Below, in pieces: positions 48,367-58,469 of a DNA stretch of 64,000 nucleotides (within the stretch, counting starts at the first letter, position 1; every line of letters starts with the position of its first letter). The position numbers were made by a program, and so were the translations under genes. The notes beneath the pieces were generated by a model that was given only the letters and a program-made list of their open reading frames with translations, ran no database searches and had not been told where the DNA came from. Source of the stretch: Candidatus Binatia bacterium (GTDB lineage: Bacteria; Desulfobacterota; Binatia; Bin18); the NCBI GenBank assembly GCA_963664395.2, contig OY761159.2:1632001-1696000 (forward strand), written 5' to 3'.

Positions 48367-49007
48367 AACCGCGCGCCCACCGTAAGAGCCTGTGCAACGG
48401 TCTGCTCGTTCTTTTTCTTTTTGTGTGGTCTCCCGCATTTGCCGGCCACGGTTTTGTCACGACCTTTGGTAATATCGAATGGTTGCCGGAACCCGGACGT
48501 ACACCGGACAATGCCTGGTATCAACTCGATTCCTGGTCCGAAACGGGGCAACTCTGGCTGGCTACAACCTCACAGCAGGTCGTTAATCTTTCGCTCAGCT
48601 TTGCCCGAGAAAAATTGGCAGAAGCCGAAGTCATGCTGATCGCCCAGGATACAACCGCGGCCCAGGTCGCGCTGGATCAATACTGGTATTATATCGATCG
48701 GGCCGAGCAGGCTATTCCAAAAGCCGCAGATGGGCAGGCAGATGAACAGGATGAGGCTACCATCGCCCTGCTCGAAACGCTGACAACCAACCTGCTTGAG
48801 CACCAGTACATCCTGACCATCATCCATACGGACCTTTCTGTTGAGTCGCGCAGCATCCTGCGAGAGGTCTTCACCACCGCTCAAAAGCGCTATCCACGCA
48901 TAGCCGACCGTCTGCCGCGCAAAAAACGCGGCCCCCTCTTTTTCAAAGAGGAAGAGGTGCGCTGGTCAATTGAAATGGCGATTCGAGAGGATGAGGAAGC
49001 TGGGTAG
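48363..49007 (+). CDS. DUF5667-like secreted helical protein
   Basis: LPEPGRTPDNAWYQLDSWSE...FAREKLAE pattern; GTGA overlap with the upstream gene. Confidence 0.65.
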   Translation: MKPRAHRKSLCNGLLVLFLFVWSPAFAGHGFVTTFGNIEWLPEPGRTPDNAWYQLDSWSETGQLWLATTSQQVVNLSLSFAREKLAEAEVMLIAQDTTAAQVALDQYWYYIDRAEQAIPKAADGQADEQDEATIALLETLTTNLLEHQYILTIIHTDLSVESRSILREVFTTAQKRYPRIADRLPRKKRGPLFFKEEEVRWSIEMAIREDEEAG

Positions 49008-49135
49008 CGTATGCAAAACAAATTCTGATAGGGACCTCGGTTCTCTATGAATCTGGTTGAACCGAGTTAAACCTAGTTGGGGTGTGCGGATTCGCTAACC
49101 AGGATGTATTTTGAAATGTTTAGAGGAAACTAATA

Positions 49136-49651
49136 ATGAAAAATATTTTAACCGCTTTATGTTGTTTTATTGTCGTAACAAGCAATTGCAGCGGTAAAAA
49201 CGATCCTCTCCCTTTAACAAAAGAACATATTAATGAGACAGTAAGCCAAGGTTCAAAGTCCAATCTAACCTTACCAACAGGGACCCATAAGGGGTGTGTT
49301 ACAGTGCCGGGGAGTTTCATTCAAAGAACAATGGTAGATTTTCAATTTACAGGAGAAGAATGTTCTTTCACAATCAGTGCAAATAATCATATGGCTGTCA
49401 GTTTCTTAGGTGACACTGCTTTCCCCGTTTTTAGTACAGGCCCCAGAAGGTATCCCGAGGATGTTTATGTTGCAGAACTGGAGAATAATCAATTGCTGGT
49501 TGTTCAACACAACACTCAGGGCAGTTTTATAACCGTTACCCAAACTGTTTATGACAGAAATAATATGGCAGTCTATGACCAACATGGAGAAGGGAGCTAC
49601 ATTAAAAAATGTTTTCCAATGAGACCCCCCGCAAAATGCGGGAAAAAATAA
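49136..49651 (+). CDS. AT-rich orphan, probable lipoprotein
   Basis: GAGG RBS, MKNILTALCCFIVVTSNC signal; visibly AT-rich; followed by hairpin GGAGGGGCAG..CTGCCCCTCC (49705-49734). Confidence 0.65.
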   Translation: MKNILTALCCFIVVTSNCSGKNDPLPLTKEHINETVSQGSKSNLTLPTGTHKGCVTVPGSFIQRTMVDFQFTGEECSFTISANNHMAVSFLGDTAFPVFSTGPRRYPEDVYVAELENNQLLVVQHNTQGSFITVTQTVYDRNNMAVYDQHGEGSYIKKCFPMRPPAKCGKK

Positions 49652-49822
49652 CCATCCCTCATTAAAAACCAAAAGGGTATTATAAAACTAATGCCTAGCT
49701 TGGAGGAGGGGCAGTAAATAAACCCTGCCCCTCCATCAACAAATAGAGGGCATTGACCTGTCCCGCCGGAAAGATACGGGCCAGACCTCTGAACTACCTT
49801 GTCGATACCAAGAAAAACTCTC

Positions 49823-50179
49823 ATGCAAAAAAAGGATACGGAGCCACTTGCCCCAGAAGAACTTGACGACGGCCCCTTCCCCGACCCCATTGTCGTGCCC
49901 ATTGAGGATGTGATTGACCTCCATCCTTTTGCGCCTAAAGAAATCCGCAGCGTCGTAGAGGAATATTTACGCGAGTGTTGCACCGCAGGATTTACCCAGG
50001 TGCGCCTCATCCACGGCAAAGGCAAGGGGGTCCAGCGCGAGAGTATTCGTGCGCTGCTCGCTCGCCTGCCCTATATCACAGACTGTGCTGATGCGCCCAT
50101 GGAGGCGGGCGGTTGGGGCGCGACCATTGTCTACCTCGACCCGTCGCGGGTAAACCCGGCGGGTAGCCGTGAACCGTAA
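49823..50179 (+). CDS. Smr/MutS2 C-terminal domain protein
   Basis: IDLHPF, LIHGKGKGVQR, GGWGATIV. Confidence 0.9.
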   Translation: MQKKDTEPLAPEELDDGPFPDPIVVPIEDVIDLHPFAPKEIRSVVEEYLRECCTAGFTQVRLIHGKGKGVQRESIRALLARLPYITDCADAPMEAGGWGATIVYLDPSRVNPAGSREP

Positions 50180-50260
50180 ATCCATTATCCGTAGCGGAAA
50201 AATTTCTCTTGCGCGGCTCTCCTGCAACGGGATACAAATAACGGGAAAAGGAGAGGGTCC

Positions 50261-51001
50261 ATGGAAACGGTTGACACATTTCTGGCTGATTTGCGCGGCT
50301 ATATCCAACACCAAGATGAGCAGCCTCTGCTTGGCCCCAATTTCTATCAGGGCCTGCTGGCCGGGGAGCTGTCTCGCCCGCAACTGAAAAAATGGGCGCT
50401 CAACCTCTTTTATGTCACCGGTCAGCATATCCGGGCCTTTGGTGGGATTTTTATGAATACCGGCCTCGGACCGCTGGATCAGAAAATTCGACGCCATATT
50501 GTTGAAAATCTGATTGACGAAGAAACGATGATGGGCCGCGGGGAAGACGCCCACTGGATGCTGTCCATGCGCCTGGCCCAATCGCTCGGCGCCACCGAGG
50601 AGGAAGTGCGGCAGCCGATTGTTGCCAGAGAGGCGGTCGCCTATGTTGACTGGGTGATTGAGCTGGGCAGGCAAGAGTACGGCCTCGTCACCCTGGCCGC
50701 CATGTCGATTGGCGGCGAGACGCGCAGCGATGACTCGATGAAGGGTCTCGTGCGCGCGCTCAAAGAAAAATACGGCCTGAGCCGGCACGCGCTTGAATTC
50801 TTCTATGCGCATGCCGGGGAGGCCGAAGCCCATGGCGAGCCCGTTTTTGACATGGTGCGGGAGTATGCCACCACGGCCGAACGGCAGCATAAGATTCGGG
50901 ACAGCGTCACGGCCTGGTGTGAGAAATTCCAGGCGGCTCAGGAGGGCGGCTATCGGGTCGCTATGGGCCTGGATGCCGGTGTCCGAGTCGATTTGGGTTG
51001 A
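50261..51001 (+). CDS. Heme-oxygenase-like diiron redox enzyme (TenA/PqqC/CADD superfamily)
   Basis: GELSRPQLKKWA, VENLIDEE...H, FFYAHAGEAEAH. Confidence 0.78.
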   Translation: METVDTFLADLRGYIQHQDEQPLLGPNFYQGLLAGELSRPQLKKWALNLFYVTGQHIRAFGGIFMNTGLGPLDQKIRRHIVENLIDEETMMGRGEDAHWMLSMRLAQSLGATEEEVRQPIVAREAVAYVDWVIELGRQEYGLVTLAAMSIGGETRSDDSMKGLVRALKEKYGLSRHALEFFYAHAGEAEAHGEPVFDMVREYATTAERQHKIRDSVTAWCEKFQAAQEGGYRVAMGLDAGVRVDLG

Positions 51002-51011
51002 TTGGGAAAGA

Positions 51012-52046
51012 TCTGTTCTGAATAATCACATTGGCTTTGAAGGCCGCCCGCTCGCCTGCCGCAACGCCAGCCGGGCCGAGTGGAGCGCGCTGTGCCAGGT
51101 CATGAAAGAAGAGGGCCGCGGCACAATCGAGCTGGCCCTGACCGGGACCAATGTCGGGTAGGTCTCGGACGACGAATACGATCTGCTCAAATTCCTGGTT
51201 GATGAAAGCCAGCGGCCGGTCACCTTCCTGGCCCTGTTCAATAAGCCGGGCAAGCCGGAGTTCTACCTCAACGCCGTGGAGAAAGTCCAACCCATCCTCG
51301 GTTGGGACAAAGCCGGGCCGCAGGTGACCTGCCGCCCGTTGCGGGTCCAGTTCAATATGAAGAACCCGTTCCTCTTCGCGATTTTTTCGGCCTGGCACCA
51401 TGTCTTCAACAAGCGTGTCGAAGAACAGATACAGATCTACGCCGATCCGGGCTTTCGCAACGCCTTTCGCGACGAGATGGATAAACGGCGTATCTTTCGC
51501 GGCCAGTGGGGCCGGATGACCGTGATTGATGCCCATAGTGATGCGGTCAAACCGCATGTTGCCAGCAAAAAGACGGTGGCCGAGATTGCCCGCGACCAGG
51601 GCAAGGATGTGGTTGACGCCTTTCTCGACCTGGCGGTGGCCGACCGCCTGGAGTTGATGTTCGACCTCCAGGCGTTCAATTTCGAACCCGAAGGGGTAAA
51701 GAATCTGGTCAGTGACCCCCGTTTTCTGATCGGCCTGTCCGACGGCGGAGCGCACGTGGACATGTTGTGCGATGCGGGCTACGCGACCTATCTGCTCGAT
51801 CGCTGGGTGCGGGACAACCAGGTATTGACGATTGAAGAAGGCGTCCGGCGGCTGACCTCAGTCCCGGCCGATCTGTTCGGTATTCCCAACCGGGGGCGGA
51901 TCGCTCCGGGCCTGGTGGCTGACCTCACGCTGTTCGATCCCGACACGGTCGATGCCAAAGACCCGGAATATGTCTGGGACCTGCCCGGCGGCGGAAAACG
52001 CTTTGTTGCCAAATCCAAAGGCATCAAGACAACGGTCGTATCCGGA
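51012..52046 (+). pseudogene. N-acyl-D-amino-acid deacylase-type amidohydrolase fragment
   Basis: GLSDGGAHVDMLCDAGY, RGRIAPGLVADLTLFDP, DLPGG; lacks N-terminal HxH region and start; in-frame TAG 51159-51161; cut after TTVVSG. Confidence 0.85.
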
Positions 52047-52077
52047 AAAAACAAGGGGGCGGTCAACACACCGCCCC
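52046..52077 (-). terminator. Rho-independent terminator of the EthD gene
   Basis: GGGGCGGT-GTGTTG-ACCGCCCC followed by a T-rich run on the minus strand. Confidence 0.75.
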
Positions 52078-52095
52078 GTTCTCTATCTTTTTCCT

Positions 52096-52404
52096 CTAGC
52101 CGTCCACCATCACGTTTTCTTGCGTTAATAAGATCACAATTTCCGCAGAGCCGCCCGTCGCACTATTTCTGGCCGTCTGGCCCTCGGATGTACCAAAGAC
52201 CTTGTCCATATCTTCTTCTGTCTCAAACCAGACCTCAGCCACGCCGTCGTAGCGCTGGTCGTCGGTTGTCGCCAGGTTAATACAGTAGCGTTTCAAGCCG
52301 GGCCATTGCTTCACCTTGGGGGCGTGTTCTTCCAGCCACCAGCGGCGAAAGTCTTCCATAGCCATCCCTTCAGGCCGTTTGAGAATACCAATCACTTTAT
52401 ACAT
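52096..52404 (-). CDS. EthD family protein
   Basis: LKRPEGM...FRRWWLEEHAP...PGLKRY...YDGVAEVWFE; AGGAGG RBS. Confidence 0.88.
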   Translation of the reverse strand: MYKVIGILKRPEGMAMEDFRRWWLEEHAPKVKQWPGLKRYCINLATTDDQRYDGVAEVWFETEEDMDKVFGTSEGQTARNSATGGSAEIVILLTQENVMVDG

Positions 52405-52559
52405 AAGTCCTCCTTTTCCTGACCGATCCTAGAGCGCAACTCTGGACCGATATGCTCTGCGATATATAGCCTGGTCTCTGGCCGTTCAAGCAGCCTTTTC
52501 TTCAGCCTCGATTTCCGTTAGGGATGGACAACGTCTTGTGGGATATTTGGAGGATCGGT

Positions 52560-53810
52560 ATGGAGACCCGTCCGGCATCACTGCTACCGGAACAGTTCGG
52601 CCCGTTGCAGGGCGTGCGGATTGTATCAAGCGGAACCTTAGTCGCCCAGCCGTTTGCCGCGGCATTGGCTGCGGAGATGGGCGCTGAGGTGATCCAGATT
52701 GAACGCACCGGAGAGGGTGATGCGGCCTGGCGTCATTTGGGGATGCAATTGCCAACCAAAGACGGCCAAGGGCAAGCGGCAACCACCTGGATTCAGGAGC
52801 GGCGGAACGAATGGCACGTCACGCTGGACTTTAGTAAGCCCGAGGGCAAAGACCTGTTTCTCAAGCTGGTCAAGACGTGTGACATCTGGATGGAGAGTTC
52901 AAAGCCCGGCTCCTATACCAAGTGGGGACTCACTGATGATGTCGTGCTCCAGGCCAACCCCAAGCTCGTCATTGCGCATGTCTCCGGCTACGGTCAGACA
53001 GGCCATCAAGACTACCTGGGTCGGGCCTCGTACGACATGATAGGTCAGGCTTTTGGCGGACTCATGTACCAAACCGGCTTTCCCGACCCAGAGCCACCGG
53101 TGCGGGCCAATCCCTGGACGGCCGACTATATTACGGCGTTGTTTTGTCTGTGGTCGTCCCTGGCCGGCTATATTTCCGCGCAGCGCACCGGCACGGGTCA
53201 GGTCGTTGATATCTCTCAGTTCGAGGCGATCCACCGCCTCCTCTCAGGCACGATGGTCGAGTATTTCAGTCATGGCTTCGTCCGCGAGCGAACGGGCAAC
53301 AAGGCTACTGCGTTTCAACCTTACGATGCGTTCCAAGCCAGTGATGGCTGGGTTGTGGTCGGTGCAGTCGGCCTGGCGGTGTTTTCCCGGGTGTGTCGGG
53401 TCCTGGACCTCAATCCGGAGGAGGAGAAATGGCAGAAGGCCAGCACCGATATAAACGGCATGGAAGGCATCGAGTTTGACGCCCTGCTGCGGGGTTGGAT
53501 TGCCGAACGAACAGTAGATGAGGTGGTTGAACAGCTGAATGCTGCGCAGGTCGCCTGCTGTCCGATTATGAACAGCAAAGCTATGGCGGATGATCCTCAC
53601 TACGAGGCCCGCAACGTCCATGTCGAGTGGCATGACGACCAAGTCGGCACGGTCAAAGGAACTGGAGTCAGTCCTTCTTTTTCAGAAACACCAGGCAAGC
53701 TCTGGCGCGGGTCCGTCCCGGTCGGGCATGATAACGAGCATATTTATACCCATTTTACCGGACTCAGCCGCGAAGAAATCGCCCAGCTCAAAGAAAAGGG
53801 CGTGATCTAA
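52560..53810 (+). CDS. CaiB/BaiF family III CoA transferase
   Basis: GPLQGVRI, AEMGAEVIQIE, NPKLVIAHVSGYGQTG, ADYITAL. Confidence 0.9.
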   Translation: METRPASLLPEQFGPLQGVRIVSSGTLVAQPFAAALAAEMGAEVIQIERTGEGDAAWRHLGMQLPTKDGQGQAATTWIQERRNEWHVTLDFSKPEGKDLFLKLVKTCDIWMESSKPGSYTKWGLTDDVVLQANPKLVIAHVSGYGQTGHQDYLGRASYDMIGQAFGGLMYQTGFPDPEPPVRANPWTADYITALFCLWSSLAGYISAQRTGTGQVVDISQFEAIHRLLSGTMVEYFSHGFVRERTGNKATAFQPYDAFQASDGWVVVGAVGLAVFSRVCRVLDLNPEEEKWQKASTDINGMEGIEFDALLRGWIAERTVDEVVEQLNAAQVACCPIMNSKAMADDPHYEARNVHVEWHDDQVGTVKGTGVSPSFSETPGKLWRGSVPVGHDNEHIYTHFTGLSREEIAQLKEKGVI

Positions 53811-53870
53811 ACGGGCGGCGCATACCCCACCCCGTATGCACGCCGCTTATACGTCCCTCATTACTCGCTA

Positions 53871-54791
53871 ATGGCTCTCCTTGAAATCCGTGATCTGCGG
53901 AAACGTTATGGTACGGTTGAAGCCCTCCAGGGCCTCTCGTTAGACGTGGAGCGGGGAGAATTCTTTGGCCTGCTCGGCCCGAACGGCGCAGGAAAATCCA
54001 CTGCGATCAACATCCTGCTTGGACTCATCATTGCCGACAGTGGTTCGATCCGAATTTTCGACCACGACTTTACTTCCAATCACGTTGCCATTCGTCGCCG
54101 GATGAATGTGGCGGCTGCGTTTACCAGTATGAACGGCGTTCTGACCGTGTGGGAAAACCTTATGGTCTACGGTCGCATCTATGGCGTCAAACGTCTTCCC
54201 CGGAAAATCGACGAACTGCTCGAACGCTTCGAGATTACAGACCTGGCCAAACGCCGCTTGCAGCACCTCAGCTCAGGCCAACACACCCGCGTCACGTTGT
54301 GTAAAGGATTTCTGAACGACCCGGAGCTCTTGCTGCTGGATGAGTGTACGCTTGGTCTTGATCCGGACATTGCCGAAAAAACCCGGCGGGCACTGCAAGC
54401 CGTTCAGCAGGAACGAAAAACAACCGTTCTTTTCACCTCACATAATATGAATGAGGTCGAAGAGTTGTGTGGGCGGATTGCCTTTTTAAGTAAGGGCGAG
54501 ATTCTCCGAGTTGATACGGCTGAGCATATCAAGCAGCTCATTCCACACCACATCGTAGAGGTGACCTTTCAAGCGGGGTCCGATCTCACGGCCCTGCGCC
54601 AGTTGAACGGCATATCTCAGATTGAGCAGAACGGAGAGTATGCCTTGCGTTTTGTCCTCAATGATCCAACCCATCAGCTCAACCCCTTACTCCAGCGCTT
54701 GACACACAGCGGGCACCCAATTGTCGATATCAATGTCTCACGGCCAACGCTTGAAGACGTCTTCATCAAGGTCGCCCGAGGGGAGCTCTGA
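53871..54791 (+). CDS. ABC-2 type exporter ATP-binding protein
   Basis: GPNGAGKS, LSSGQ, LLLLDE, TSHNM, PTLEDVF. Confidence 0.92.
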   Translation: MALLEIRDLRKRYGTVEALQGLSLDVERGEFFGLLGPNGAGKSTAINILLGLIIADSGSIRIFDHDFTSNHVAIRRRMNVAAAFTSMNGVLTVWENLMVYGRIYGVKRLPRKIDELLERFEITDLAKRRLQHLSSGQHTRVTLCKGFLNDPELLLLDECTLGLDPDIAEKTRRALQAVQQERKTTVLFTSHNMNEVEELCGRIAFLSKGEILRVDTAEHIKQLIPHHIVEVTFQAGSDLTALRQLNGISQIEQNGEYALRFVLNDPTHQLNPLLQRLTHSGHPIVDINVSRPTLEDVFIKVARGEL

Positions 54792-54796
54792 GCCGG

Positions 54797-55621
54797 GTGC
54801 GCTTTGTGAACTCTCAGGACTATGGCTTTTCGACCATGGCAATGTGGGGCTTAGTCTATAAGTTTACGTGTCTGTGCTATCGCAGTCTGGACCGTGTTTT
54901 TGACATTGTCTACTGGCCGGTCATCTCCCTCTTATTGTGGGGGTTCACCAGCATGTTTATTGCCGCAACGTCTTCGTTTTCCGGAGTCATGGAGTTCTTT
55001 CTTGGCGGGGCGGTGCTGTGGAGTTTGTTCTGGCGGGCGCAAACCGATGTCGGGACGTTTATCCTCGAAGATTTCTGGAGTCGCAATGTCTATAATCTGT
55101 TTGCCTCACCAGTCACCTCGATCGAACTCTTTGTGGCCATTGGTCTTATTGGCCTCATTCGCTGCATCCTGAGTTTTATTTTTCTCAACTTCCTCGCCTG
55201 GGGCCTGTACGCCTTTAATATTATGGATATTGGCGGCACAGCCATCGCCGTCTTCGCCAGCCTGCTGCTGCTCTTCGGCTGGGTCATCGGTATTTTCATC
55301 GCAGCATTGATCTTTCGCTATGGACTCCGTATTCAGGTCTTAGCCTGGTCAGTAGGATTTATTATCCAGCCTTTTAGTTGTGTTTTTTATCCGCTCGACA
55401 GTATGCCGGGCTGGGTTCAGGCCATTGCCATCACCCTCCCCAGCACGCATGTATTTGAAGGACTGCGATACGCCATTGCAACCGGGGAATTAGCCTGGCG
55501 GCCGTTACTGCTGTCCTTCGGCTTGACTGCGGTGCTGTTTATTCTTTCCCTTGCGTATTTTCAGCACGCGCTCTATCAGGCCAAGAAACTGGGTTTACTG
55601 ACCCGCTTTGAGATGGCATAG
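54797..55621 (+). CDS. ABC-2 type exporter permease
   Basis: ~6 TM segments, FYPLDSMPGW...LPSTH; adjacent to the ATPase. Confidence 0.88.
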   Translation: MRFVNSQDYGFSTMAMWGLVYKFTCLCYRSLDRVFDIVYWPVISLLLWGFTSMFIAATSSFSGVMEFFLGGAVLWSLFWRAQTDVGTFILEDFWSRNVYNLFASPVTSIELFVAIGLIGLIRCILSFIFLNFLAWGLYAFNIMDIGGTAIAVFASLLLLFGWVIGIFIAALIFRYGLRIQVLAWSVGFIIQPFSCVFYPLDSMPGWVQAIAITLPSTHVFEGLRYAIATGELAWRPLLLSFGLTAVLFILSLAYFQHALYQAKKLGLLTRFEMA

Positions 55622-55727
55622 AAGCTAAGTGAATTTTTTGCGACCCCTGCCGCCTTTTTGGTGTTCGTACAGAAAACCCGCTATGCTGAAAGCATTCGGG
55701 CAGAAAGGAATAGTCACAATATCGCCT

Positions 55728-57167
55728 ATGAAACGTCTTCCGCTTATTGCGCTCATCGCCGCGAGTCTTTTTGTTTTCGAGGTCTTTTGCCCTCACCTGC
55801 CTTCCGCCGCTCCGCTCACGAGTACCCACGATGATCAAACTCAGGTCTCGCTGACGATCTATAATTCCAATCTCGGACTGGTCAAAGATGTCCGTGAGAT
55901 TGAACTGACTGAGGGGTTGACCCACCTCCAGTTTATGGATGTCGCGGCCCGGATTATGCCCACAACGGTGCTTGTCCGGTCACGGACCGATGCAAACGCG
56001 CTCCAGGTATTGGAACAGAACTATGAATACGACCTGCTCAGCCCGGACAAATTACTCGAAAAATACGTGGGCCAGGAAGTCAAGCTGCTCGACAAGAACT
56101 ATTTCACCGGCAAAGACGAACTCGTGACCGCCACCCTGCTCGCCACGAACGGCTCCCCGATTTATCAAGTCGGAGACGAAATCTCGATTGGCCTGCCGGG
56201 TAGAGTGATTCTGCCTCAACTGCCGGCCAACCTGATCGCCCAGCCGACGCTGGTGTGGCTGCTCCAGACTCAGGCTGCAAGCACGCACACCATTGAAGCC
56301 TCCTACCTCACGAATGACATTACGTGGCAAGCCGATTATGTCCTTGCCCTCAACAGCGACGACAGCCTGGCAGACCTGTCCGGCTGGGTCTCTATTGAGA
56401 ATACATCCGGCACCACGTATCGCAACGCGGCTCTCAAGTTGGTCGCCGGCGATGTCAACCGGGTTCAACCGAAGGTTCTATACGGGCAGGCCATGGCGAT
56501 GGCCGCCACGGCCGACGCTCGGTCAGAGCCGCAGTTTCAGGAAGAATCCTTTTTCGAATACCACCTCTATACCCTGGATCGACCGGCCACGGTTAAAGAC
56601 AACCAGACCAAGCAGATGTCGCTCTTATCCGCTGCGGATATTCCCATTACCAAACGCCTCGTTCTGCGTGGCCAGCCACGTTATGCGCGGGCACCCTTTG
56701 ACATACCCCCTCCCCAGCAAAAAGTGAGCGTCTATCTCGAAATCGAAAACGCCGAGCAGCACAACCTGGGAATACCCTTACCCAAAGGGACCCTGCGCGT
56801 GTACAAGGCCGACTCGCAAGGTAGCCTCCAATTTGTCGGTGAGGATGCCATTGACCACACGCCCAAAGACGAAACCGTCAGCGTTAAAATGGGCGAGGCC
56901 TTTGACGTCGTGGGCGAGCGTCGCCAAACGAGCTTTACGCGTTTGTCCCGTCGCTTGTCAGAAGTGAGCTGGCAAATTGTCGTCCGCAATCACAAGGACG
57001 AAGACGTGACTGTCCGCGTAGAAGAGCCCCTGTACGGTGACTGGGAAGTCGTCTCTTCTACTCCAGAGAAGTACGAAAAGCCCGACGCGCATACCCTGCG
57101 TTTTGAAGTCACTGTGCCGAAGAACGGCGAGGTGAAAATCGGCTACCGCGTGCGAGTGAAGACCTGA
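55728..57167 (+). CDS. DUF4139 domain secreted protein
   Basis: LTIYNSNLGLVKDVR, LEQNYEYDLLS, LVAGDVNRV, FEYHLY, LGIPLPKG. Confidence 0.85.
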   Translation: MKRLPLIALIAASLFVFEVFCPHLPSAAPLTSTHDDQTQVSLTIYNSNLGLVKDVREIELTEGLTHLQFMDVAARIMPTTVLVRSRTDANALQVLEQNYEYDLLSPDKLLEKYVGQEVKLLDKNYFTGKDELVTATLLATNGSPIYQVGDEISIGLPGRVILPQLPANLIAQPTLVWLLQTQAASTHTIEASYLTNDITWQADYVLALNSDDSLADLSGWVSIENTSGTTYRNAALKLVAGDVNRVQPKVLYGQAMAMAATADARSEPQFQEESFFEYHLYTLDRPATVKDNQTKQMSLLSAADIPITKRLVLRGQPRYARAPFDIPPPQQKVSVYLEIENAEQHNLGIPLPKGTLRVYKADSQGSLQFVGEDAIDHTPKDETVSVKMGEAFDVVGERRQTSFTRLSRRLSEVSWQIVVRNHKDEDVTVRVEEPLYGDWEVVSSTPEKYEKPDAHTLRFEVTVPKNGEVKIGYRVRVKT

Positions 57168-57180
57168 GACTGTCTCGGGT

Positions 57181-57207
57181 TGTCATTCCTATGGAAACGG
57201 GAAGCCA
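57181..57207. repeat. Degenerate GTCATTCC...GGGAATCC-type REP-like element
   Basis: TGTCATTCCTATGGAAACGGGAAGCCA just after a stop codon; single copy in the window. Confidence 0.45.
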
Positions 57208-57473
57208 CTTTATTGTCTTCCCCCACCAAGGCGACCAGACTGGGCCCATGACGCACAGCGCGCCGGCCGCCCCAATAGCTGCCCCTCTATCAAGCATATG
57301 GCGAGCATGTGGAGTGGTGACAAATTATCTGATTCGCTGCCTTCTCCGCAGAAAAATTGAGTCCCTCGAATGTCATACTGTGAGCCGCCCCGCTGCTGCG
57401 TTGTTGACGTTCGCCCCCATTTCAGACTATGAAGACGAGGCTTTCCGCGGAAACACAAAAGGAGGAAGTGTCC

Positions 57474-58460
57474 ATGGCAGATACCATACTGAGTACAGAC
57501 AAGCTGTTCGATATGTATCGCACGATGCAAACGATTCGGCAGTTTGAATCCCGCGTACGAGATATTTTTCAAGAGGGTCAAATCCCTGGCTTTGTGCACG
57601 TCTCGATTGGCGAAGAGGCCTCCGCCACCGGAGTCGGAGCCGCCCTGACCAACCAGGACTACATCACCAGCACCCATCGGGGGCATGGGCATTTAATTGC
57701 CAAGGGCGGCGAAGTCAAGCCCATGATGGCAGAACTGTTCGGAAAAAAGACCGGCTATTGCAAGGGCAAAGGCGGCTCCATGCACATTGCAAATTTTGCC
57801 CTGGGTATCCTGGGCGCGAACGGCATTGTGGGCGCCGGCCTGCCGATTGCGACCGGCGCCGGTCTGGCGGCAAAAGTGCGTGGCAGTGGTGAAGTCGCCG
57901 CCTGTTTCTTTGGCGATGGGGCCTCAAACGAAGGGACGTTTCACGAATCGCTCAATATCGCCTCGTCCTGGAAGCTGCCCGTTGTCTATGTGTGTGAAAA
58001 CAATTTGTATGGAGAGTTTACCGCCGGGAAGGACGTCACCTCGGTCAAAGATATTGCCGACCGAGCGCGCGGCCATGACATGCCCGGCGTGGTGGTCAAC
58101 GGCAATGACGTCGTCGAGGTCTATGAAGCCACCAGTCAGGCGGTTAAACGTGCGCGCAAGGGCGAAGGCCCGACGTTAATTGAATGTAAAACCTACCGCT
58201 GGGAAGGCCACGTGGTGGGCGAGGAAGCCTTTCTCGGCAAGCGCAGCTATCGTCCCGCAGACGAAATAGAAGCCTGGAAGAAGCGCTGTCCGCTTATTAC
58301 CTTTGAGCAACGTTTCGTGCCGGGCACATTCAGCCAAGAAGAGATCGATGCAGTCCAAGCCGAGGTGAAGCAAGCCATTGACGCCGCCGTCCAGTTTGCT
58401 CAAGACAGCCCATATCCAGAGCCGGAAGAAGCCCTGGAAGATATGTTCTCAGTCGCGTAG
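57474..58460 (+). CDS. TPP-dependent dehydrogenase E1 alpha subunit (acetoin dehydrogenase-like)
   Basis: IPGFVHVSIGEEA, STHRGHGH, GKGGSMH, GDGA..ENN; AGGAGG RBS. Confidence 0.9.
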   Translation: MADTILSTDKLFDMYRTMQTIRQFESRVRDIFQEGQIPGFVHVSIGEEASATGVGAALTNQDYITSTHRGHGHLIAKGGEVKPMMAELFGKKTGYCKGKGGSMHIANFALGILGANGIVGAGLPIATGAGLAAKVRGSGEVAACFFGDGASNEGTFHESLNIASSWKLPVVYVCENNLYGEFTAGKDVTSVKDIADRARGHDMPGVVVNGNDVVEVYEATSQAVKRARKGEGPTLIECKTYRWEGHVVGEEAFLGKRSYRPADEIEAWKKRCPLITFEQRFVPGTFSQEEIDAVQAEVKQAIDAAVQFAQDSPYPEPEEALEDMFSVA

Positions 58461-58469
58461 GGAGAAACC

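Noticed and set aside
51159-51161. In-frame TAG as possible pyrrolysine or readthrough codon
   Set aside because: The gene is also truncated at both ends and no pyl genes are in view; ordinary pseudogene decay is simpler.
49967-51755. Long antisense ORFs (307 and 264 aa), and similar ones opposite SulP, MMPL and the cyclase
   Set aside because: Shadow ORFs of GC-rich coding strands with no recognisable motifs.
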